Shown here: positions 11,581 through 25,962 of the stretch, in pieces
Layout of the letters: each line of letters begins with the position of its first letter
Numbering within the stretch: the first letter of the stretch is position 1
Assembly: GCA_964035545.1 (NCBI GenBank)
Contig: OZ037769.1
Span: 10,198,633-10,262,632 of the forward strand
Direction of reading: 5' to 3'
Source of the DNA: Bugula neritina
Lineage: Eukaryota > Animalia > Bryozoa
Length of the DNA: 64,000 nucleotides
Translations under genes and position numbers: made by a program
Notes under the pieces: model-generated
Told to the model about the DNA's origin: nothing
The model's database searches: none
The model's input: only the letters and a program-made list of their open reading frames with translations

Positions 11581-14272
11581 TAGATATTTATTGCTAGTAT
11601 AAGTAAATACAGTATGAAACATTATAGTAATATGATGTTCTATATAACCTTATTGTTGAAGCAAATGTGAAAAGTGCTTTCGTCCTCATAGTACACCACT
11701 GTATACCCTGTCTTCATGGCTGTCTATAACTACATTTGACAGGCCAACTTCCACAGCTTTTCTATCTCTTCTCATATTCTTCATTCTCTTCAGGTAATTA
11801 AACATATAAACATCCATCTACTATAAGTTTGCATTAGTAGATATAAAATTGTACGTGTTAATATACGATTATGTAGTTATAGCAGCTTCATCTAGCAACA
11901 ATGAAACCGTAGTGTAATGTATGTAGGTTATATACTTCTCTATAAAATACACAAAAGCTTCACAAATTTCTGTAAGCACTACAATAAGATGTAGAACCTG
12001 TATTAAACATGGCAAAGGAACTTGTGTCTTATTACAATATTTGTGCATTTTTTAGTTATTATAATTATAAATATTTTATGTATTAAACTTCAGAGTTCTA
12101 TAGCCCCTACCACACTATTTATATAATAGATTGATAAGTATGTTATATTTATATATTATTCATAGTAGTATGTTTTAGTTATTATTATATTATTATATAT
12201 TTGGATTTATTGCATTTACGTTTTATTATAGCAAATGGTTATTAATATATTAATGCATTGAATTTATTTTTCATTTTGTTATAATGGTTATTTATATACT
12301 GTATGTATTGTATTTATATTTGATTATAGTAGGGTTATTACTAAATTGCATGTGCTGTATTTGTTTTGTTTCCATAATGACTACTGATGTTTTTACATAT
12401 TATTTCAGGGTGACTGTGTCAGCCTTCCCTCTTGGTTTGTTTAAAGCATCATTTTACAGTCTTGACATGGGAAGTACTACATCTAGAATCATCTTTACTA
12501 TCCAACAGCATACATTGTCTATGATACCCCTCATGTTAGGTGGGCTTCTAATACCCCCCCCCCCACTCTGTCTATAATGTGACTTAGGTTAGATAGGTTA
12601 TATGATTCTTATGAAATTCTTCCATTTATGCAACAATTACAACTGTACATTTTGATAAAAATATACTGCTGCAGCAGCTTTAGGTACTACACCTTCATAT
12701 TCCTGCATTAAAATTTGAAACAGAGAATGTCATGAGATACATCTAACCTGTATATTACTCTGGCTGAAGCAAATGCTATTTATCTGTTGTTGTAAAAATG
12801 CTTAGAATAGCATTTACCTCTTTATAAATCTCTCAGATGGGTTATATCAACGTGCAATGTTGGCAATATATTAACTAGATGAAAGTGTTTTGAAACATAT
12901 TAAGTTTAAATACAATTTTCTATTAATGTGTGGGTTTTCCGATTTATTAGGCAACAGAACCGGCACAGTCACTTATACACTTCATCTACTTTTAAACACA
13001 CTAGTGCTATCAACTTTGGTTACTGAGATGTACATGAAGTATATTTCCTCTGCTATAGTTACTGCTACATTTTATACGTAAGTAATATATGCCTTATTGC
13101 GTTAAACTCCAGTGTTTACCTATTTCAATACTAGGATAACTAACGTTGCAGTTGTGTGAAATAGTAGCCCAACATAATTATGTAAAATCTCAAATGAAAA
13201 TTTATAAAACACTAAACTTTTTAAAAATGAAAGCATGAAAGCAAGCAAGAAATGTTTTTTGCAACATTTACTTTAGGAAAATTTTTCAACACATATCTAA
13301 CAACATCCAACTAACTATTATTATGGTAGCTCAATAGTTGGCCTAATACATAATTACATATATATATAGTCTCAGATATTATATTATTCTATATAGTCTC
13401 AGATATTATATTATATTATATCTACATAACCCAAAATATAGACAACATATTATACTAAACATAGTGCACATTCTCTTGACTGCATCTATACTATTGCACA
13501 ATGCTAGATTGAGTGTTGAATCTATTGCAGGCTGCTCGGACTGTATTCAGATTCGCCTTCTTGGAGACTATTCTTCAGCTTTCCCCGGAGAATTTTGAAC
13601 ATTTCGATGACCTTTATCTGTATGAAGTATGTTATGGATACCAAAGCACTGACTGGTGTAGACATCAGCTACCAATAAACTGTTACATACAATTGTTTTA
13701 ATGTTGTCAATATCTAGATGACTAACTCGAATAATGTTTAGTAAATGTGGAACATTTTACTTTAACTAAATGTGGTCAGAAACTTAAAGTATAAACTAAA
13801 ATCTTTTAACCTGAACTCTTTTCTTGATTTTTGAATCAATTGTATGTGCAATGCGCGTGCGTGCGCATGTGTGCATCCATGCGTACGTGTGTGTGTGTGT
13901 GCGCGTGTGTGTACGTGCGTGTGAGGCAAGAGTGTGTGTAGTGTTGTTACCGAACAATTACCTTAGTTTTATAATGCAAACACACCAGACAACTTAAAAC
14001 GTATTTGATGGATAAAACTTATTTAGATAGACTGGCCAGGTTTCTAACCATATTTAATTGATCAGCCGCCCAGGCTATTGAGTAAGTTATTTCTAAATGT
14101 GTATCTTAACATATATGATACTACAAACCGAAATACTTTTTTTTACAATCTATAGCTTTAGGATTGGTTTTAAATACATTTTTATTAAAGTTGAATTGTA
14201 ATTGGTGTACAACAAGCAGGAATCATATAAATATTTTTTTGAAAAACATCTACTAAAATCTAGAGTCTAGAC

Positions 14273-14612
14273 TAGGGTTGTCCAACAGTAGGCCTCAAGG
14301 CCGTATGTGGCCCCAAGTCTACATCTATGTGCAGCCTCCAAAGGCATAACAAATAAAATTATTTTTCAAACATATGTGAAGTAGAGTAGAAAACCACCTT
14401 CCAAATGTTTTATTTAAATACATGCTACAAAAGATGCTGCCTGCAGAGACTATTAGGACTTAATTGCGTAATGAGTAATAAGAATTTGGAATAAATTAAT
14501 TGAAAAATACTAGTGCTGTGGCCACCAGCTCAAACTACAGTTTACAATGTGGCCTTCGCCATGAAATATTCCCTTTTAGAGGCCTTCGGTCTGAAAAGGT
14601 TGGTAACCCCTG
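14273..14612. mobile_element. hAT (Charlie-like) MITE, 340 bp
   Basis: TIRs tagggttgtccaac / gttggtaacccctg; perfect 8-bp TSD gtctagac (14265-14272, 14613-14620); subterminal tgtggcc motifs. Confidence 0.88.
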
Positions 14613-15405
14613 GTCTAGACCATGGAAGTTGAATTGCATGCAAGAAATTAAACTCTTTAGCAACATGGAATATTTTATAGGCTATACTATAATTTAAATC
14701 ATTGAATTTTTACCACTATTTGCCTGATACTTCACATACTATACATATGTATTCATATGAGTAGATCTTTCACTAGTAAGAATTCCACTAGATGGGATCC
14801 TATATCGATATCCTTAAGTATAATATATTATTCTTGTCCCATAACATTTTTTCAAGCAAAGCGACATTTATGTTTGGAACTTTCTTTTTGGCTTGGATAA
14901 AGAAAGGATATAATAATGCATAGCAAAGTGTTTTTAAGGTTTATGGGACAGAATATAAATACATGTATGAACTTGTTTTAATGGTCGCTGTTTTAATGTA
15001 TCCCAACATAAAACATTGAAGATTGCAGGGGTTAGCAAACTAGCTGTTTTGCTAGTGGGCCAACTTTTAGAAATCAAGCGGAAAGGAGGACAGAGATTTT
15101 TCAATTTTTCAACTATCACATGTATTTTTACATGAAGTTCAGTAGTGAAACAGGTAATGAGCACAAGCAATAAATAATATTTTTCTCTATTTTCAAACTA
15201 AATAGGAATTGGGCCAGTTTACTTAATTTAGTACAAACTCGATATATCTCACAATTTCGCTATACTAATATATATGTTTTTTGCCCTAAACTAATGAAAT
15301 AAAATAATTAAAGTTTTTTTCTGATTTTGTTTGACGTTCTATATTTCTTCCTAAATTTTTAGCGAATTATTGATATATGAGGGACCGTTATAGCTTTTCA
15401 ACCTA

Positions 15406-15604
15406 GGGAGCAGCCATGGTCTAACGGTTAAAGCGTTTGCCTAGTAAGCACGAAGTCATGGGTTTGAGCTGGACAAAGGCCATTGGGGATGTTAGGAAGA
15501 GCATCCAGTCATAATTGCTCCTGCATGTGCCCCATCTGAATAAGTCCTTAGCCCAATAAAACAAAAATCCTTCTATCAGGGGTTTCTCACAGGGATTGTG
15601 ACTA
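15406..15604 (+). mobile_element. tRNA-derived SINE, copy 1
   Basis: A box tggtctaacgg, anticodon loop ctAGTaa (Thr-like), B-box-like gggtttgagc, core gatgttaggaagagcatccagtcataattgctcc shared with the copies at 32443 and 33541. Confidence 0.85.
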
Positions 15605-15659
15605 TTGTTGTGATTTTATGGGGATAAATCACTACGTGTGAGTTATTGAGATCTAATCA

Positions 15660-15717
15660 CCACACCGCACCACACACGCGCAACTCACGCAACACACACA
15701 CACACACACACACACAC

Positions 15718-15772
<55 letters not shown>

Positions 15773-15789
15773 CACGCACGCACACACAC

Positions 15790-15840
<51 letters not shown>

Positions 15841-16053
15841 ACACCACACACACACCACACACACACACCACACACCCATTGAACAATAATATAGTTATAG
15901 TTTCAGTTCAGTGCACACACCACACACACACCACACACCCATTGAACAATAATATAGTTATAGTTTCAGTTCAGTGCACACACCACACACACACCACACA
16001 CCCATTGAACTATAATATAGTTATAGTTTCAGTTCAGTGCACACACCACACAC
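15660..16053. repeat. (CA)n microsatellite followed by 3 copies of a 63-bp unit
   Basis: Direct reading; the unit cccattgaacaataatatagttatagtttcagttcagtgcacacacc... recurs at 63-bp spacing. Confidence 0.92.
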
Positions 16054-16506
16054 ATGATGCTTTTTTATGCTTTTGGGTAAGATAACCCTATGCCTTCTTA
16101 ACTCTAAAAATTTCAACGTATACTTTCCATCTAATTGGTCTTTACGATTTATTTTAGCCAATTAAAATGTTGTATTGCAACGACTACTGTTTCGTGTAAG
16201 GTGTTCTAGACTCGCTATCGCTGTTCAAATTGAATTTAGTTTCATCACTTGTGGAAAATTATTACAATGTAAATATTTAAGCTGTTGTACTTGTTGACGC
16301 AATAAATATTAATATAATCTTAAATTAAAACTTGAAACTTATACTGATATTTATAATTATTAGTTATAAACCGTAATCACTTTATCATAATAATAATCAT
16401 AATGAGTAAATTAAATAATAAACTAAAAGTAAAAGTTTTACTGTAAAACTAAAACTAAAAGTAAGGCATTAATGATTAAATGATTTATTGATTAATCTAA
16501 TGAACT

Positions 16507-16912
16507 AAGTTATTAGTAATACTAATACTAAGTTTAATACTAATACTAATAGTAATAGTAATACCATTGCTAATACTAATAGTTAGTGTTACACTGTGAC
16601 TTACTATCAGTGTCACTCTGATACTCATGCTCATAGTGATGGTCATAGTAATACTATCAGAGTATCAGTATGAGTATCACTATCAGCATTGTTAACAGTT
16701 AATCATTAACTGTTAACAATGCTGATACTGATAGTGATACTCATACTGATAGTATTACTATGAGCATGAGTATCAGAGTGACACTGATAGTAAGTCACAG
16801 TGTAACACTAACTATAACTATTAGTATTAGTATTACTATTACTATTACTATTAGTAATGGTATTAGTGGTATTACTATTAGTATTAGACTTAGTATTAGT
16901 ATTACTAAAAAC
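16507..16912. repeat. ~400-bp imperfect palindrome centred at 16704
   Basis: Centre cagcattgttaacagttaat-c-attaactgttaacaatgctg; the arm agttagtgttacactgtgacttactatcagtgtcactctgatactcatgctcatagt is matched by its reverse complement. Confidence 0.9.
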
Positions 16913-18062
16913 TAATAAGTTATAACTATAAGTATAAGTAATAACTAATAAGTATAACTATAACTATAAGTATACGGTACACTTAAAGTATAAGGTTTAA
17001 TATGTCTAATCATCTAATGTCTGTAAGTTTAAGGAAATTTGAAGTCATAATAATGATCATAATTAATATTAATCATGATGAAAATCATAATGATTTTTTG
17101 ATTATAATATTGAATTTGATTTGATTTAATTATTATTATTATATCAATAGTTACAAATAAAACAGTTCCGCTTCAACTACAAGTTCAGCAGAATTAACTG
17201 CAATAAAAATGAAATCACTTCGCAATTGCAAGTTAAAAATAGAAAATAAAAATTAAAATACTTCAAGTCTAATCTTTGTAGTTTTAGTTATACTACTAGT
17301 ATTAATAGAGAAATAAATAGTAATAGTCATAATGCTAGTGTTTATTAAACACTCATACTGTATTGCTGTTAGCTTTACTTTTACTAAATTACTTTTACAC
17401 TATGTCTATCAACGTTCACGTTATATGACTACGAGTATGATTATCGCTAGTCAACTTTATATTTTTGGTTGCCGGCGAGTAAACAATTACAACACGCAAG
17501 GTTAGTTGCTAGAATAACTCGTTAATGTCATGCGAGTTCTGTCTTACTCCTCTAAGTTCATTCTTAGAGGAAGTATGAGTATCAGTTAAAATCTAATAGC
17601 TAGTAAGACTACTATAGGATTTGATAATAATAGTAACAGAGATAATAATAGTATTGGCAATACTGTTAGTACAGCAAGTTTTACACCTTGATCTATTATT
17701 TGCTACTGCTAGCCCAACACTAGTACTAATTATCTTTTAGTACTTATATAAGATTATTCTAAAATACTGTTACTGTCCTAAATAAAAAGATAAAGCAGTC
17801 GATTATAAATAACGTAGTTTTATAGTAATCTAGTATATAGCAATCTAAATAAAATACTTATTTTTACTACTCTCAGGTTCCAAAATTTCCTAGGGTATAG
17901 TGTTAGGCTTCACACATATCTTAGTTGTTATAGTTGAACTATTGTTATCCATTTTGCAGACTAGAATCAATAAGCTGAAGTAGTATATGTTGGAAGGCAA
18001 GATGTCTCCTGTTTGTTGGTGATTAGTTTATTCTGTGACACAGATAAGTAACAGCACAAAGA

Positions 18063-21000
18063 ATGGGTTTTGTGCTGTCGAGGTTTAAAAAAGTAAGCAT
18101 GTTATACATATATATAATGTTTTCAACTGTATGCATAGGCCTTCTTGTGTGCTGTGAATTTAATGCATTGCAGCTGTACAGGCATTGTGTTTGTATAATT
18201 AGCATAAATATACTTTTGTATATTTCTAGTATATTTTTAGTGTACTTTAGCATGTTCTGATTTATTTAATCTAAATTATACTTTTTTAGTCAGCTGACTC
18301 TCCATCCACTAAGTTGGAACTTATTAACAAAGTGAGTAGCTGCCAGTCATTTATTCTACTAGGAAACATTGTATGTTGGTCAGACTCATGCATTGCTGAT
18401 CTAGCACAAGCTTTTGCACATTATCATGAAATTTCATCATTACAATTTAAATAAACACCGCAATATATAAAAAAGACATTCAATTGAAATTTTTTGTTGG
18501 CATTGGTTAACTTTTAAAAATGTCTCTAAACATGCTAGATGCTAATGTCACCTATGTATTATATAATCACAGTATTTAGTCATTGTGTTATAGTTTATAC
18601 AATGCAGCTGTGGGACTTATTCCTAGTCAGTCTCTAAACATGTATTACTGACTGAAAGTATATATCACATGCTAATATCTGCCAACCAGAGTGTGTCTGC
18701 TGTTAATTGTAGGAGTTGGCTGAAATAGAGTCTTATCGACGTCAAAACTTAGCTCTACAGAAGAAGACAGTAGCATCTTTAGTCATTTATTCAATACTCT
18801 TGTATCTTGTGTGTGCTATCCTATATTTTGTCTACTACTTCCCGGTGCTCACCCTATCTCAAAAATGTCTGCACTCCCTCCCCCTATTGGTCTTTCCAAT
18901 TTTGTAAGTATGCTGCTCTGTCATGTATACACATGTGCATTGTTGTGTCATTGTATAGGGTTGGGGTCAGAACAGCTGGTAGTTGTATCTGGAGGTCTAA
19001 AAGGGTAACATCATTCAGGATGTACTGCCAGGCCACATGTAGTGGTGTACAACAATCAATCAACTTGTGTCTGTTTTGTTCCAGGAGTCCCAATTACCAC
19101 CAGGATTACATTCATCTCTTCCTCATTCTTCTATAGCTATGTACTAGTAGTTAAGTTTGTTTCTGTTTCTCGTCCACTCTAACGTCTTCAGGAACAGCTG
19201 TGCTGTGCTACTCTCATAAGTCTTAAATATTCTTGTCTTGTCTCCCTGCTGCCATTCTTCAGATTACATAAGTTCTTTTTGTTGTTGCCTTTTTCTTGCA
19301 TCATAAACGGTGAAGTGCACACAACTTTGACCATTGCTCAATGGTACCCCCATTTATGTATGTTTATCATGAGCATTTACTCATCATATGCATAGTTATT
19401 TCTTCCTGGTATTTATTGCTAACACCTTCCTTCTTGATGGTAACTCTGTAGATTCTAGTTGGTAGTGCCTAACCTTGTGTTTCTAACCAAAATTCTTCTG
19501 TTTTCCTATTTCATACTTATTATTAGGTTTCCCTGTTACTTTCAGTATTATCATTATAATATTATGCTTCTTTGTTACTTATCAGTATTTTTATCAGTAC
19601 TTATTATTACGCATTTCCATTATCATTTCTTACTAGATAAGCATGGTATACATCAAGTAGTGGTTTAAGTTTTGCGATAGGAAAGCATTTTAGTAGTTTT
19701 TAAACAAGTTAGCGTTCAGTAAAAATTGGAAACTACACCCTCGCCAACACATAGTCATCTGATGCATAATAGCATTATCGGTTTAATAATTATTTTTATA
19801 TTTATTTTTTGAACATTATTTACACCAATTAACTTTAAAAAAACTCAAGTCATGGATTTTTTAGCCTTCGTATCAAACTAAAGGAGCATTTGGTTTCCTC
19901 TCACTATTGATTTATTTTAGTTCAGGCATTAAATGGCTATGATTTAATGTGTCTAGCATCCGAAAATCTATAATGTGAAGCTTCTAGAAAGTTTTTCTGT
20001 GTAACATGTAAACACACAGAGAAAATATGTAGCTCAGTTATAATGATTTATTTATTATTAAATAGCAGCTCTAAAATAAATATTCAAAATTAATATTACT
20101 AACGGAATGATTTTTGCTAAATTTTTTATTAAAAATTTATAATAGTTAGAGCCTCATTTTCATCTATCAGGGTGTCACGATGCACGGTGAATTATGAGAA
20201 ATAGTCTGAAGGCTTGTAGTATTCCGAATAGAATATTTGTCTTATGCTAACCTTGCCTTGTTGCAATGGCTGCTATTGGTTAGGTTCATCTATGGCCAGT
20301 ATCTACTACCTACCAACTTATTCGAGTCACCATCTTTCCAAGGTGAAATGTATTTGGTGGGACAGTTTATAGTGTGAATTTGTTACTTTTAATTTACTGT
20401 TTTAGAATCTATGGCGTGAAATCATTTCTGCACTGGTACTTTGTGAAGAGAATTTCTGAAAATGGTAAGTTAGTTTGATGGTCTGTTCTTCTGTCCTTAT
20501 GTCTATCTTAGAGCAAATTATTTAATGCCTCTGCTCTCCCCTTCTGCTTCCTATTCTTTCCCTCTTCTCTCTTCTCTCCCTTCTACTCTCCCCCCATAAA
20601 ATGTTCACAGCAGGGTTGGGGTCAATTACATGTGAATGTAATTAATTACAATTACAATTACATTTTTATACGTCAGTTACAAATTGCATTCAATTACTTG
20701 AAAAAAAAAGTAATTAATTACAACAAATTACAATTACAATTACCCTAACCCTGGTACACAGTATATATCATACTGTATGATCAGGTATGTCATGGGTATA
20801 CAGTACACACTATATTGGGACTGAGAACTGGCTAACATAGCAAAACCTACTACTAATTATAGTGGCCAGCCTCCTTTTAAATAGTCAAGTAAAACCTAAT
20901 TTGCATGTAATCTTTGTAACAGCTGTTTCATAGATTCATAACCTTATTCCTTACCCTTATAAACAAGACCACCACATTTATATTTTTGTTTTATGATTTA

Positions 21001-24000
21001 AAATATTGAATAAGCTCTCCATTATGTTTCAACTTTCAATCATCAAACACTTTCACTTCAGATGGGTAGTATGTCCTTGCACTCTATGTCAAATTGTACA
21101 AGTTCTTTTGTTTTTTTATAACTCTTGGACTTCCATTCTTCATTTAATTTTAGATCTTAAGCTGGCTGATCTGAAAGAAGAGAAAAATAAAATAGTGAGT
21201 TGTCGAAGTTGTCCTCACTCTGTAGCTATATAAATACATTGCATGTCGTGTCAACTATTGTTACTGAATTCAAGTGTAAATGTTATGCTAGTATTAAATT
21301 AAGATTATTGTAAACATGTAAATCTGTAGATTGAAGATGTGATGGAAAATGAAACATACAAAAAGGCCACAGAAATCTTGGAGAAATATGCTCCAAACAG
21401 ACTTCACAAACTCAATGAGGTATGTGACATTTGCAGAAACTTGACTTTTGTGTAACTTGAAAAATTTATTAACCAAGGCTTCTCCCCCTTGAACCTTAGT
21501 GATTTAGGATAAAAGTGTTTTGAATCCCAGGTTATCTAGTAGGTACGTTGATGAGTTTGTTTGGTGCTCTCTTGGGTCACATGTTCATCGTTTGAGCTTC
21601 TATTCCAGTAAACCATGTTTGTAATACTAGACTGCAATTCTTTGGCTGCAGCCAGTTACTTTATAACTGCTAGTCAGTTTCTAAATGATCAGATTTAATA
21701 TTCTTATTGTGTTAACAGTGTAACTCCCCTGACAAGTTGACATGTAGATACAATATTTTAGTATTCACTGCGTAGCATCAATAGGAGCATACGCTACCAA
21801 CTATAGGAACAGTGTATATGAGGACTGTAGGTATACTTAGAAATTACTCTAGATATTACGGTAGCTGGTGGACCTGTAGGATACTAGAAAGCAGGCAGGA
21901 TAAGGTATTGGATTTGATGTGTCTAATTTAGTCTAGTCGCTAAAAATAATTACAGAATGGACATAAACCTGATTTGTAAAGTTCCACATTTGTTGTCATA
22001 TGTTTACATAAATTTGTTTTGTAGAGTAAAGATGCTTCTGTTAGCATTTCTAATGCTGCTTCATCTTCTGTCAAAGCCCAATCACCTAATTCAGGTTATT
22101 CACATTCATTATTATAATATAGCACTTTGAGATTCCAATTTAATGCATTCACTTGATGAGCTTATAAGGTTTTGAGTTGCTGGTAAAAATGTTTAGTGCA
22201 AACATGCAGTGAATTAGCTCCTCCATATTCTTGCATACATGGTATGTATCATAATACTGTAGTATTACAATATTATATGCTACTAATTTGTAGAGCTCAG
22301 GCAAAGAGCCAATGCCTCTGTCCTCAGTGATAGGACTTCCTGTGCCACACCCGGACCCAATAGATCTGTTGTTGGACCAGGTTTTTACACCAATACTCCT
22401 GGTAGTAAGATGACCATGCAGCAGCGGTCTATGTATGGTATGCATCTTATTTATTGTATATTTACCAAAATCATGTGTAGATTTAACTGGGACTGCCAGT
22501 TATTTGGGTTAATAACTTGATTTTATTTGGCATTTGACAAGTTTCAGCAGTTTTAGACACAAAACGAGATTTTTTTTGAGTTGATTTTTGCTGAAAACCT
22601 ATAATGGCAAAAAGTCAGTTATATTATGCTTGTTCTTGTATCTAAGAGAAAGTTGCTCTGAATAGTACATGGATTTGATATCACCAGCTCCCGTTTTAAA
22701 GATGTTGATTTAGTGGATAGTGAAAGAGGTGTGTAGCAGCAGTTCCACAGTATGCTTATTAGACTACTTTGTGGTAGGAGGGCCTCCTGGACCGCCCTTA
22801 CCAAGGCAGATATTGCCCAGAGAGAGATCTTATGTAGACAAAATATTTGAATCTTTGGTTGGTGATGGGCCACAGAATAGATATGCGCTAATCTGCAGAT
22901 ATTGTAAATCTCACAACGGCATGGCTGTGCCCGAAGAATTTGATTACCTTGGTATGTTATGTAACAACTCAAGTCTTATCTCATGTATTTATATACCCTT
23001 TGCATAATTGAACTGTTAGATAGGTCTGCAAACCTGTCCAAATAATATATTTTTCAGCATATTATTTTAAGCATGTATGATGTTGAATGGTTTTGTATCA
23101 CAATCCCTAGTTTTATGATCACTAAACCTTGTATCATGCAAATTAAAATTTGCTAGCTGCTGTCAAACTAAGGTCAATGTATTGGAATCCAGTAAATGTG
23201 CATTCTAACTTGATCTAAATGATATAGTTTTTGTGCAATTTTGTTGATAATATAACATTTATACCTAGAAGTATTCTCAGGCTTTAGAACATAACTGTAT
23301 CTTTTTAATGTTTTGTATCATATGAATAGAGGAGACAAATCCTGAAACAGTTGTTATGCAGACTGAGTGTCATGGTTATGATTCTACAGGGTTCCGCTGC
23401 TGCTACTGTTTTCATATGAATGAGGCACGTAAGCAGAGGCCGAATGCACCTCGTCTCAACCTAGATACAACGGTAGAGTCTTCTGCAGATGATTGTCCTG
23501 AGGACAGCTTGCCTTCCGATTCCGACAGCGATGAAGGTGCGTTCATTCATCACATAAGTATTGCAGCTCTAGAGCAATTATTAGTTAAAAACTTATGTTT
23601 GGTCTGTAACTTTAGCCGTAAAATTTAGAGTTAAAAGCATTTTGAAATAGAAAAAATGTAAAACTGCAATTATTAAGCCAACTCTGTTAAAGAAGGTTTT
23701 TTCTTTTTCAACTCCTCCGTTTTACCTCTGCTGATGGCTCATTGATTAAAAGCTTAGGAAAACACTTCAACAATATTTGTTGTGGAGAAGTGCACATGAT
23801 TTTTCTGACCATCTGTTATTGATAAATAGCATTTTACTTGGTTACCAATATAAGCTTTTTAATATCATACAGGTTGTTATTCAAATCATGCCCAGGAATT
23901 TTCATTGCATTGTATGAAAGCAGGCTCTTCCCACCACTCAATTTTGCTATCTCAGTGAGAATTATCTTCCTAAAGTTGCCATGAGCTTTGTAGCTGTTAT

Positions 24001-24745
24001 ATTAGTGATTAGCCTAACATTAGGAAGTTAAAAAATAATACTTACAAGAAATTTTAAAATGCTGTACCTGATGTGTGCACTTTGGGAATAAAGTTTGTTA
24101 ATATTACTACTCTGGTGGTGAACATGCAGTCCAACAATAAAACTGGTAGTAAGCTCGTATTAATTCATATTTGATACATTTTTTTATACAATAGTTCCTT
24201 GTCAGTGGTTTATTGTTCAGTCTGGTCAGTGATTGTTTTACTGATAGTGAGTCATATTTAGAGTGAGTCATATTTAGAGTGAGTCATATTTAGAGTGAGT
24301 CATATTTAGAGTGAGTCATATTTAGAGTGAGTCATATTTAGAGTGAGTCATATTTAGAGTGAGTCATATTTAGAGTGAGTCATATTTAGAATGAGTCATA
24401 TTTAGAGTGAGTCATATTTAGAGCGAGTCATATTTAGAGTGAGTCATATTTAAAGTGAGTCATATTTAGAGTGAGTCATATTTAAAGTGAGTCATATTTA
24501 AAGTGAGTCATATTTAGAGTGAGTCATATTTAAGGAATGAGTAAGGATTAGTCATACTTATGTAATAACGTGACTTGTGCTGGTAAAGTGAGTCATCTTA
24601 ATACATTTCTGGTTATGCTGTTGTAGAGCTGGAGCGCTGTGGTGAGGTGAGAAATGGGCTTGATATCTCATCTATTCAACCATTTCAACAGGATAGGGAA
24701 TGTCTCCAACAAAATGCTGGTCAGGGTGATAAGAAAACTCTCTAA
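18063..24745 (+). CDS. LNPK: Lunapark, ER junction formation protein, 11 coding exons
   Basis: Exons 18063-18092, 18290-18331, 18713-18903, 20406-20464, 21154-21194, 21330-21419, 22025-22094, 22294-22437, 22778-22951, 23390-23536, 24627-24745. N-myristoylation start MGFVLSRF, two TM helices, VMENETYKKATEILEKY, LVGDGPQNRYALICRYCKSHNGMA...FRCCYCFHMNEARKQRP (zinc finger plus LNPARK-like motif). Confidence 0.95.
20611..20753. mobile_element. hAT-type MITE, 143 bp, in a lunapark intron
   Basis: TIRs cagggttggggt / accctaaccctg; internal aattac repeats; 8-bp TSD gttcacag/gtacacag (7/8 match). Confidence 0.82.
24248..24533. repeat. 16-bp minisatellite (gtgagtcatatttaga), ~18 copies
   Basis: Direct reading; lies in the last lunapark intron. 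Confidence 0.95.
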
Positions 24746-25855
24746 TTTGTGTAGAATGTTCACAAATTCCGTCAGTATGTAACTAAAACAGTGTAATAAT
24801 GTGCTCTCACTTAGCTGGTAATATGATCTAGTGTCTAGCATGTCACTTCTACTTAGGCAGTGAGCAATATACATGTTATACATGTAACCCCTGGACTCAA
24901 TGTATGGTAGCTGGTATCTTATTGGTTGGCAACCTATTGCAATAACATTGCAATAGCCATTATATATTGTTTTATTTTTATTATTGTGCTGTTTTCTCAT
25001 CTGATACTTGGTCAAGGAATTCCATGCTCTGCAGCTTCTACCACTGTTACTTGTTTATAATTTACCCACCAATCAATTTTGTGTCTATTGCTATAGTGAT
25101 GCTCTACCAGTATTGTGGTTTTGTTGGATAGCTACGGGCTCTTGTTTTCTTCCTTTTTGAGTTTGGTGAATTCTTAGAATAAATATACATAATTATGGCA
25201 AATATTGTGGGTATTTTGCTTCCTTATTACCATATATTGTACAGTGTAAAGCAAGCAGTGGGCTTCACTTTCAATTAATGTTTCAAGAGTCACTCTCAAA
25301 CAATTGTCAATATCTGATCAAGTTTACTTCAGCAAAATAATTTGTCAAGTCAAATGTTTTGATGATCTAGTGTTGATGGTGTGATAAGTTGAGATCCAGT
25401 TTCTCTAACAAGGCCTCTTCAACTTTCTCCCTTCCTACACACACCTTTAAATAATTATTATGATGACATAAAAGTATAATCAGTCAGATAGTAGTCAGGG
25501 CCCAATATGGTGCATAAGGTTATTCAAAGGATATAGAAATAATATAGCAGATTATAGGAGTTAATTTATTTATGGTAAACTGTAATAGATAGTTTCAACA
25601 TTGCTATTGCAAAACAATTGCAGACAGTGGAATTGTTGCTCAATGGAGTTTGAGTGTTTTGCTTCGAAATGCAATGAATCTATCACTTGAAGAGACAGCT
25701 TATATTTGTGCAATATTGTTGCATTTGTAACCAGTTTATATTAAATTTACTTTGAAACACTGATGGTGAATGACTTCATTGACTCAGTCATTTGGATTGT
25801 CAATAAAACATTCAACAAAATGATGGATTGTTACTGATTCATCATCATGGTAGCT

Positions 25856-25962
25856 CTCTGGCACCACCATGCTTGTCTCTGGCACCACCATGCTTGTCTC
25901 TGGCACCACCATGCTTGTCTCTGGCACCACCATGCTTGTCTCTAGCACCACCATGCTTGTCT
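25856..25962. repeat. 21-bp tandem repeat (ctctggcaccaccatgcttgt) x5
   Basis: Direct reading. Confidence 0.93.

Noticed and set aside
15646-15886. His-Thr / Cys-Val repeat ORFs (also 37966-38170, 48552-48925)
   Set aside because: (CA)/(GT) dinucleotide repeats.
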